Below are positions 25,065 to 32,000 of a DNA stretch of 32,000 bases, piece by piece. The notes beneath the pieces are model-generated. The model was not told where the DNA came from and did no database searches. It saw only the letters and a list, made by a program, of their open reading frames with translations. Position 1 is the stretch's first letter; the number at the start of each line of letters is the position of its first letter. Made by a program: the position numbers and the translations under genes. Source of the DNA: Xylanibacter ruminicola 23 (GTDB taxonomy: Bacteria; Bacteroidota; Bacteroidia; Bacteroidales; Bacteroidaceae); the NCBI RefSeq assembly GCF_000025925.1, contig NC_014033.1, positions 1,560,001 to 1,592,000 on the forward strand, given 5' to 3'.

Positions 25065-26365
25065 TGCAGAATACTATACAGAAATTGTCCCAACAAGTAT
25101 TAACCAGCGACATAGGTAAACGTATTGCCTATGGCGCTTTTTGGTCGATGACAGGTACTGCCTTGGGTAAATTTCTGGTATTAGTAGCTGGCATTATTTG
25201 CGCTCGAATTCTTGGCAAAGAGATTTTTGGCGAGTTCGGTATGGTCAGATCTACTGTAGGCATCTTTATTGTATTAGGTTCTGCAGGCATTGGCATTACC
25301 GCCACACGCTTCATCTCTTTATATAGAACAACTGACCAGAGCCATTCGTATAGCATCTATCGTCTGTCGCTGCTTTTTGCATTTTGTTCCGGCATGGTGC
25401 TCACAGTTTGCTTAATGCCGATGGCCAAAACCATTTCAGAAGTGGTACTTCATTCACCACATCTTTCAACTGCCATACAAATAGCAGCACTCATTTTGTT
25501 TGCATCAATTCTTAATGCTACATTGAATGGTGTGCTTACAGGGCTGGAGGACTTTAAATCGATAGCCATCAATACACTTATTGGCAGTAGCATCGAATCA
25601 ATACTGATGGTGCTTGGAGCATGGTATTATGGTTTACATGGTGCTATTATCGGCTTTGGACTGGGCATAGCAGCGCAGTATATAGCCAATCACATAGCTA
25701 TTCGTAAAGACTTCAAGAAATACGGCATTACGTCAACAAGCCATATCGAAAGAAAAGACTATAGCCTTATTTATTCATACTGCATTCCGGCCACACTATC
25801 GGCCCTTACCGTAGCCCCTGCATTTTTTATAATCAGGGCTATGGTGGTTAGAGCAACTGGCTACGGTGAATTGGCCATTTTCGAAGCGGCCGACCAATGG
25901 AAAGTTATCATTCTGTTCATCCCTACAGCTGTTAGTCAGATAGTGCTTCCTATCCTCTCGAGTACTACAGATGGTAAAAAATTCAGCAAAGCACTACTGG
26001 CCAATATAGCATTGATAGGTATTGTATCGGTAGTTGTAGCTGTTATCATCAGTATACTCAGTCCATACATTATGCCATTATACGGAAGCAGCTTTGACAA
26101 TCAAACGCCACTTATGCTATTAGCCGCATCAACTGTTTTTTCTTCTATTGCCAACGTCATTGAAATGGCCGTTTGCAGCAAAGAAAAAATGTGGCAGAAC
26201 TTTGCATTGAATCTCGTATGGGCCACTATAATGATAGTTTGCGCACAAATGAATATTAATAAAGGAGCTACTGGTTTAGCACTTGCCGTACTTATTTCGT
26301 ACGCCATCAAGTGTATACTATTCTCTCTGTATCTTAAACATATCAATCAGCATGAAGATAAGTAA
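25064..26365 (+). CDS. wzx: Oligosaccharide flippase (Wzx / polysaccharide biosynthesis protein family)
   Basis: A 433-aa polytopic membrane protein positioned after wzz. TAATG stop/start overlap with the upstream gene. Confidence 0.75.
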   Translation: MQNTIQKLSQQVLTSDIGKRIAYGAFWSMTGTALGKFLVLVAGIICARILGKEIFGEFGMVRSTVGIFIVLGSAGIGITATRFISLYRTTDQSHSYSIYRLSLLFAFCSGMVLTVCLMPMAKTISEVVLHSPHLSTAIQIAALILFASILNATLNGVLTGLEDFKSIAINTLIGSSIESILMVLGAWYYGLHGAIIGFGLGIAAQYIANHIAIRKDFKKYGITSTSHIERKDYSLIYSYCIPATLSALTVAPAFFIIRAMVVRATGYGELAIFEAADQWKVIILFIPTAVSQIVLPILSSTTDGKKFSKALLANIALIGIVSVVVAVIISILSPYIMPLYGSSFDNQTPLMLLAASTVFSSIANVIEMAVCSKEKMWQNFALNLVWATIMIVCAQMNINKGATGLALAVLISYAIKCILFSLYLKHINQHEDK

Positions 26366-27482
26366 TCACATAGAATATGGTTTACTTGGAGTAAGTTTGG
26401 TATTACTCCAGTTTGCTGGTTACTCAGTACTAACCTTGCCATTCTTGGCATTAACGGCAGTGCTGATGTTCTCTTTCAAATCACTACAGACACAAGTAGA
26501 GGAAAGCGCTCCATTCTCACTATTCTTAGTTACAGCATTTATCGTAGGTCTAGTGCACTTAATTTTCAGAGATACAACCGCCAAGTCGCTAATGATGTGG
26601 GGCCAACTATATTTTCTCGCCATTATCCTAGCCTGTGCAAGCAACAAACAAAAGGTTATTTCCATCATCAAATACGTTATCTACGCTATTTTTCTTGCAG
26701 ATATCACCTCAAACATACTGCTTGCTGCTGGATATTCATTACCTTGGACTCACTTCCCGCCCATACGTCCAGGCGAAATATTACCCAGATTCCCTGGTGT
26801 AAAGAGTAGTTCTCTGTTCTCTGGCAGTATTTCTTTCCTAGCACTTTGCTGCATCATCCAAGAACCTATCAAGCCAAAATGGTTGAAGTTTTTTATTGAG
26901 TTCATGATGTGTATAAACCTGCTTCTGGCAGGCTCATTCAGGTATTACATTATCCTTGCTGCTGTTATCGGATTATACGTATTAAAACTATACAGAAAGC
27001 CCAAATTACTGATTAGCTTCTATATCTGTTTTATTGTATTCGTTGTTCTGTTTACTTATCTTACCAAAGATATTAGTCAGAGTAACATGCTAAGGTGGAA
27101 ATTATGGTTACACACAATCGATCATATCAGCGATAGTCCGATCTGGGGCATAGGTTTCTATTTCCAGTACCTAAGAGAACATACAATATTCACCTTCCAC
27201 AACTTAGCTGTGGCTGGAGTTACCGAATCAACAATTCTACTATTTGCATGGTGTTTTGGACTCCCCATCATGGTCATATTCCTTTATGCCCTTTATAAAA
27301 CCCTTAGACAATTTTCAAACTATAGCGAGTACAAATTATTTCTTGGATTATTCTTAGGATTAAGCTTAGATCTCTTCTGGGGAGGCAGCCTCGACAATTG
27401 CATGTCGCTCTCAATATTCCTCTTATGTATGTATCAAATCAATCACGATGAAAAAGTTCAGCATCATCATACCAACCTATAA
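26352..27482 (+). CDS. wzy: O-antigen/EPS polymerase-like membrane protein (Wzy)
   Basis: Polytopic, AT-rich, poorly conserved membrane protein with a larger loop (LRWKLWLHTIDHISDSPIWGIGF) resembling the Wzy/O-antigen ligase domain. The internal ATG at 26352 is chosen because it overlaps the wzx stop. Confidence 0.6.
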   Translation: MKISNHIEYGLLGVSLVLLQFAGYSVLTLPFLALTAVLMFSFKSLQTQVEESAPFSLFLVTAFIVGLVHLIFRDTTAKSLMMWGQLYFLAIILACASNKQKVISIIKYVIYAIFLADITSNILLAAGYSLPWTHFPPIRPGEILPRFPGVKSSSLFSGSISFLALCCIIQEPIKPKWLKFFIEFMMCINLLLAGSFRYYIILAAVIGLYVLKLYRKPKLLISFYICFIVFVVLFTYLTKDISQSNMLRWKLWLHTIDHISDSPIWGIGFYFQYLREHTIFTFHNLAVAGVTESTILLFAWCFGLPIMVIFLYALYKTLRQFSNYSEYKLFLGLFLGLSLDLFWGGSLDNCMSLSIFLLCMYQINHDEKVQHHHTNL

Positions 27483-28206
27483 TCAGTTGCCTTTGCTGAA
27501 ACGGGCACTTGAGTCGGTTCTGCACCAACAGGATGCAGACTACGAGGTGATTGTGACTGATGACTCGGATAACGAAGATATTGCCACATACATCCAATCA
27601 ATTGGTAATCAGTCGGTTAAATACTTTTATCACAAATCTACTGGAAGAGCTGCCGACAATTGGAACTTCGGTTTATCGAAGGCTGAGGGGCAGTATGTGA
27701 TAGTGATGCACCACGACGAAGCAATGGCAAGCAGTAATCACTTAAGTTTGATGGCTCAGGCCTTGACTGATGCCGATGTGGCGATTGCCGACATAGAGGT
27801 GATGAATGGTGGCAAGCAAAGTAGCAGATGGCTCTCCCACCTTACCAGAAAGTTATGTTGCAAGCATCCCGAATGTCTATTCCTACAGAATGCCATCGGA
27901 CCTACCGCCTGTATCGCTTTTAAGCGCGATCAGCTTCAGTCATTCAATCCAAATTTGAAATGGCTGGTAGATATAGAGTGGTACTATCGCCTACTAAAAG
28001 GTAAGCGTGTAACTATCTGCAAGCGTTGCAAGATACAATCTACCCACGGACATGCAGAACAGATTAGCCAGCAACTGGATATTATGCAGGCTTTCAGTCA
28101 AGATAAAGCCATCATCTGTCAGACTCATGGCAACGCTGTACGCTTGATGCTGTGGCTATATGAGCACTTGATATTAGGAACCAAACGATTATTACGACGG
28201 ATATGA
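27448..28206 (+). CDS. Family 2 glycosyltransferase
   Basis: FSIIIPTYNQLPLLKRALESVLHQ followed by the acidic DxD-type motif VTDDSDNED. Confidence 0.8.
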   Translation: MKKFSIIIPTYNQLPLLKRALESVLHQQDADYEVIVTDDSDNEDIATYIQSIGNQSVKYFYHKSTGRAADNWNFGLSKAEGQYVIVMHHDEAMASSNHLSLMAQALTDADVAIADIEVMNGGKQSSRWLSHLTRKLCCKHPECLFLQNAIGPTACIAFKRDQLQSFNPNLKWLVDIEWYYRLLKGKRVTICKRCKIQSTHGHAEQISQQLDIMQAFSQDKAIICQTHGNAVRLMLWLYEHLILGTKRLLRRI

Positions 28207-29072
28207 GGATAGTAAAAGTGTTAGGCGGTCTGGGCAATCAGATGTTTCAGTTTGCTCTTTACAAGGCGCTGCAAAAGCAGTACCCTGAGGAGCGCGTGCT
28301 GTTAGACCTGCACTGCTTTAACGGCTATCACAAACATCGCGGTTTTGAGATAGACAGCGTGTTTGGTGTTACCTACGAAAAGGCCACTTTGAAAGAAGTA
28401 GCCAGTCTGGCCTATCCCTACCCTAACTACCAGTGCTGGCGGATAGGTAGCAGAATACTTCCTGTACGCAAAACCATGCTCAAGGAGGAGCCCAACTTTA
28501 CGTTAGAGCCCTCAGCACTCAGCCTACCAGATAGTACTTACTACGATGGTTACTGGCAGCACGAGGAGTATTTCATGCATATCCGCGAGGAAATACTCAG
28601 CACATACGCTTTCCCCGCATTCGACGATGAGCGCAATAAAACAACTGCACAGTTGGCTGCAAGCACTAACAGCTGTAGCATACACATCCGTCGTGGCGAC
28701 TATCTGACAGACCCTTTACGTAAAGGCACTACCAATGGTAACTACGTGATTGCCGCCATCAAAGAAATGCAACAAGAGGTTAAGCCCGAAAAATGGCTGG
28801 TATTTTCTGACGACATCGCCTGGTGCCAGCAGCATCTGGCCTCAACACTCGACGCCACAAACACCATCTATATAGATTGGAACACAGGCGCTAACAGCAT
28901 TCACGATATGCACCTGATGGCACTCTGCAGGCATCATATTATCGCCAACTCATCCTTTTCGTGGTGGGGCGCATGGCTCAGTCAACAGGATGGCATAACC
29001 ATCGCACCATCTAACTGGATGAACTTAAAGGATGTATGTTCACCAGTGCCTGATAATTGGATAAAAATATGA
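28203..29072 (+). CDS. Alpha-1,2-fucosyltransferase (GT11)
   Basis: GT11 signature motifs GGLGNQMFQFA, HIRRGDY and SSFSWWGAWL. Confidence 0.85.
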   Translation: MRIVKVLGGLGNQMFQFALYKALQKQYPEERVLLDLHCFNGYHKHRGFEIDSVFGVTYEKATLKEVASLAYPYPNYQCWRIGSRILPVRKTMLKEEPNFTLEPSALSLPDSTYYDGYWQHEEYFMHIREEILSTYAFPAFDDERNKTTAQLAASTNSCSIHIRRGDYLTDPLRKGTTNGNYVIAAIKEMQQEVKPEKWLVFSDDIAWCQQHLASTLDATNTIYIDWNTGANSIHDMHLMALCRHHIIANSSFSWWGAWLSQQDGITIAPSNWMNLKDVCSPVPDNWIKI

Positions 29073-29884
29073 ATAAGATATCTGTTCTCATATCAGTATA
29101 TAGCAAGGAACAGCCTGCGTATCTGCAGCAAAGCCTTGACAGCATCTTCGCCCAGACGATGCCGCCTGATGAGGTGGTGCTGGTAGAAGACGGACCACTG
29201 ACAGAGCCACTCTTGGCGGTGATAGCATCATTCGCCCAACAGCATCAGGAACTCCACATCGTAAAACTACCCACGAATGTAGGCTTAGGCCTTGCGCTGA
29301 ACGAGGGATTGAAACATTGCCATAACCATCTGGTGGCACGTATGGACTCGGATGACATCATGAAACCTGAACGTTTGGCTAAGCAAGCTGCCTATCTTGA
29401 GCAGCACCCCGAGACAGCTATCGTGGGTTCGTGGACAGAGGAATTCAGCGGTAGCATTAACGAATCGTGCGCCATCCGTAAGGTGCCCGAGACTCACCAG
29501 CAATTGGTGGCTTTTAGCAAGCGCCGCAATCCTATGAACCACCCTACTGTGATGTTCCGCAAACAAGCAGTAGAGGCTGCCGGCAACTACAGACACTGTC
29601 TGCTTTTTGAGGATTACGACCTTTGGGTAAGAATGATGAGCCAAGGTGCACACTTCCACAATCTGCAAGAGTCGCTACTCTATTTCCGAGTGTCGAACGA
29701 CTTCTTCAAACGTCGTGGAGGCTGGGCTTATATCCGTCAGGAAATCAGATTCCAGCAGTCGCTACACCAAATGGGACATATCGGCTATGCCACCATGATA
29801 CAGAACATCATGATGCGTACCTTATTAAGAATGATACCCAACAAATGGCGACAAAAAAGCTATCTTTTCTTGCTGCGGAAATAA
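29069..29884 (+). CDS. Family 2 glycosyltransferase
   Basis: ISVLISVYSKEQPAYLQQSLDSIFAQT, VEDGP and RMDSDD motifs. ATGA overlap with the upstream stop; ATG at 29069 is preferred to 29057. Confidence 0.8.
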   Translation: MNKISVLISVYSKEQPAYLQQSLDSIFAQTMPPDEVVLVEDGPLTEPLLAVIASFAQQHQELHIVKLPTNVGLGLALNEGLKHCHNHLVARMDSDDIMKPERLAKQAAYLEQHPETAIVGSWTEEFSGSINESCAIRKVPETHQQLVAFSKRRNPMNHPTVMFRKQAVEAAGNYRHCLLFEDYDLWVRMMSQGAHFHNLQESLLYFRVSNDFFKRRGGWAYIRQEIRFQQSLHQMGHIGYATMIQNIMMRTLLRMIPNKWRQKSYLFLLRK

Positions 29885-29938
29885 TAAATTGAGAGATTTT
29901 ACGTTATATATTAAGATTAAGGAACTAAATAATATTGG

Positions 29939-30565
29939 ATGGAGCAACACTACTCGTATATATATGATGGAATGAACGCCTTTGAGAAAGAAGTCAAGCG
30001 ATGGATTGATTTCTTTTTCGCAGGTATATGTCTGATTGTATTCTCACCATTGTTTTTAGCTTGTTATATTGCTATCAAGCGCGACCACGATGGTCCAGTG
30101 ATATTCAAACAAGAACGTATAGGCCGATTCGGACGACCGTTTACTATCTATAAGTTTCGCAGCATGACGGTTAACGCCGAATCCAAGGGTCCACAACTGT
30201 GTAGTGAGCACAGAGACAAGCGCCTTACTAAAACAGGCAAGTTTCTGCGCGAGCATCATCTCGACGAACTGCCTCAGCTATGGAATATCTTCATTGGCGA
30301 TATGGCCTTTATCGGTCCGCGTCCTGAACGAAAATTCTATATCGACCAGATTATCCAGCACGATCCACGCTACACCTATCTTTATCAGATACGTCCAGGC
30401 ATCACATCGATGGCCACACTCTATAATGGCTATACCGATACGATGGAGAAAATGCTGAAACGATTAGAGATGGACCTCGACTACCTGAAGCATCGCTCAT
30501 GGTGGCTCGATGGTAAGATTCTGTGTCTTACCTTCCTCAAGATAGCCTTTGGCAAGAAGTTCTAA
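29939..30565 (+). CDS. Initiating undecaprenyl-phosphate sugar-phosphate transferase (bacterial sugar transferase family)
   Basis: One N-terminal TM helix plus KRDHDGPVIFKQERIG, DELPQLWNIFIGDMAFIGPRP and IRPGITS motifs (WbaP C-terminal / EpsL-like). Confidence 0.85.
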   Translation: MEQHYSYIYDGMNAFEKEVKRWIDFFFAGICLIVFSPLFLACYIAIKRDHDGPVIFKQERIGRFGRPFTIYKFRSMTVNAESKGPQLCSEHRDKRLTKTGKFLREHHLDELPQLWNIFIGDMAFIGPRPERKFYIDQIIQHDPRYTYLYQIRPGITSMATLYNGYTDTMEKMLKRLEMDLDYLKHRSWWLDGKILCLTFLKIAFGKKF

Positions 30566-30957
30566 AACTTTCTGAACTCCAGATGTGTGGTGTTATTATC
30601 AAGCACCATTCTGCTACTGGTCAGCTCTGAGATGCGAAACTCGGTACTGGTATTGCTAATGCCATAAGGTATGAGCATATCAGCATCCTTGAGGGCAACA
30701 TCGTCGGAGTCGCGATCCACTCTGTAAGGATCCGACAGTTTCAGTTTATCACCTTCGCGAGTAAAACTCATCACAATATCCTGATGCACTTTTTTCACAT
30801 CACGCAGTTCCAGAATGTGTCCCTGAAAAGCCCAAGTGATGCCAGGCGAAGAACTCATCTGCCAAAAGCCATCAAGATGTCCGTTGGCCGAATCTTCTTT
30901 ATCACAACTGGTCAGCAACAAGGTTACACCTATTATAATATATAATAAACGCTTCAT
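30562..30957 (-). CDS. Small lipoprotein (lipocalin-like)
   Basis: Lipobox LLLTSC. The 131-aa protein has a GFWQM beta-rich pattern. Function unknown. Confidence 0.5.
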   Translation of the reverse strand: MKRLLYIIIGVTLLLTSCDKEDSANGHLDGFWQMSSSPGITWAFQGHILELRDVKKVHQDIVMSFTREGDKLKLSDPYRVDRDSDDVALKDADMLIPYGISNTSTEFRISELTSSRMVLDNNTTHLEFRKF

Positions 30958-30969
30958 CTTTACAAACTG

Positions 30970-32000
30970 TTATTTAATCAATCCTGTTTTTACGATAGAC
31001 AGATGGAAACCGAAGTTGTCGCCTCGCAACTTACCGAAGTCGGCAGCTACAGCACCTTTTATGCTCCAACCATCCTTTAGCATATAATCAGCCTCAGCCA
31101 TACAACTTACATTCTCCATGGGGTTGACTGGCAAGTAATAATACGAGCCATAACTCTTTTGCCATGAAGCCAGCACGCGATAGTTCAACTGTTGTATAGG
31201 CGAACCACTAAAACCTAAATGCCAAGCCACAAAGCGGTTATGCTCTACCTCAATATGTCCATCGGCATTATACAGCGGAGATACATAAAGCGGATTACCC
31301 ATCACCTGTCCCCAATGCTGCCAACCGGTATAGAGATGGTGATTGTAGTAATTGTCGCGCCCACTTATCTGATAGCCTACATGACTGGTCTTGTCATGAT
31401 AAACCGGACCAGCCTGATACTTGGTGTACAGATACTCTACAACAATATTGTTGAGCCAAGCATTATCCTTCAGTTTCAGTTCGGCACCTAACAGCCAATC
31501 CTTAAAGTCGTACCAGAAGTACTTGTCGCCACTCTTGTTTACATGAAACATCATAGAGTTATCCTCGAAAAACTGATCGGCATATACAGCCAGATTCCAG
31601 GTAGGCTGATCGTAACTAAAACGTGCTACCCACGAACCCAACTGGTTACCTTCGGCATTCTTAAAATTGCCATCGGTAGCATCAGTTCCGCCTGGAATAA
31701 AAGCATTCTTAAAGGCTTTTAAACCGCCATCATTGTCATACACCTTTTCTACGCCATTCTCAAACAGATGCGAGGTACCACCAAACTGGCAGGCCATTTC
31801 TAAGCCTAACTCGGCAGTAAAGTTGCCTGGACCAATCTTCAGATATCCTGCCTTACTATGGTAGAGCGTACCCTCGGTATATCGGTTCTGCGGAGCCACA
31901 AAATCCTTTTGCCAACCATCGTCGGTGGTTTTGCCGTAAGCGATATGTCCCTTCAGCGCCAACCAGTTATTTGTACCTGGGATAGTCCAGTATTCAGGCA
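30970..32000 (-). CDS. wzi: Capsule assembly Wzi-like outer-membrane beta-barrel protein (5' end outside the window)
   Basis: The frame stays open beyond the track start (a TTG at 31962) to the window edge. The sequence is aromatic-rich with alternating beta-strands and has the motif RDNYYNHHLYTGWQHWGQVMGNPLY, resembling Wzi family proteins. Confidence 0.55.
   Translation of the reverse strand, partial: PEYWTIPGTNNWLALKGHIAYGKTTDDGWQKDFVAPQNRYTEGTLYHSKAGYLKIGPGNFTAELGLEMACQFGGTSHLFENGVEKVYDNDGGLKAFKNAFIPGGTDATDGNFKNAEGNQLGSWVARFSYDQPTWNLAVYADQFFEDNSMMFHVNKSGDKYFWYDFKDWLLGAELKLKDNAWLNNIVVEYLYTKYQAGPVYHDKTSHVGYQISGRDNYYNHHLYTGWQHWGQVMGNPLYVSPLYNADGHIEVEHNRFVAWHLGFSGSPIQQLNYRVLASWQKSYGSYYYLPVNPMENVSCMAEADYMLKDGWSIKGAVAADFGKLRGDNFGFHLSIVKTGLIK

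Overview
This looks like a chromosomal window from a Bacteroidales, probably Prevotella-like, organism. The taxonomic guess rests on repeated TAnnTTTG (-7) / TTTG (-33) promoter boxes, a tmRNA tag ending in ...YALAA, lipobox-rich proteins and the gene content. No database search was possible, so product names come from motif recognition in the supplied translations.

Layout:
- 1-8071: housekeeping genes. These are a 5'-nucleotidase, NudC, a lipoprotein, Ugd, a SPOR protein, a Zn-ribbon/FHA protein, proline iminopeptidase and an MBL hydrolase.
- 8098-18181: an accessory/defence mosaic.
  - An MNT-HEPN pair.
  - A 16-repeat CRISPR array.
  - cas2 and a 1204-aa cas9, with no cas1 between them.
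  - A cleanly predictable divergent tracrRNA.
  - A HigBA pair.
  - An HU-like gene and a VirE-type primase-helicase gene, separated by a ~700-nt non-coding region with strong dyad-symmetric iterons.
- 18215-21829: a minus-strand operon encoding a Cys-rich PyrK-like Fe-S flavoprotein, an FAD oxidoreductase and a MATE exporter.
- 21955-22563: the tmRNA gene (ssrA), whose 3' end and downstream flank are tandemly duplicated in 85-bp units.
- 22718-32000: a compact Wzx/Wzy-type exopolysaccharide locus. It contains wza, wzz, wzx, wzy, two GT2 genes, a GT11 fucosyltransferase, an initiating sugar transferase, a lipocalin-like lipoprotein and a partial wzi.

The best candidates for something not yet described are:
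1. The HU / iteron field / VirE module.
2. The cas1-less but otherwise intact type II-C locus.
3. The reiterated att-like ssrA 3' end.

None of these can be shown to be novel from sequence alone.
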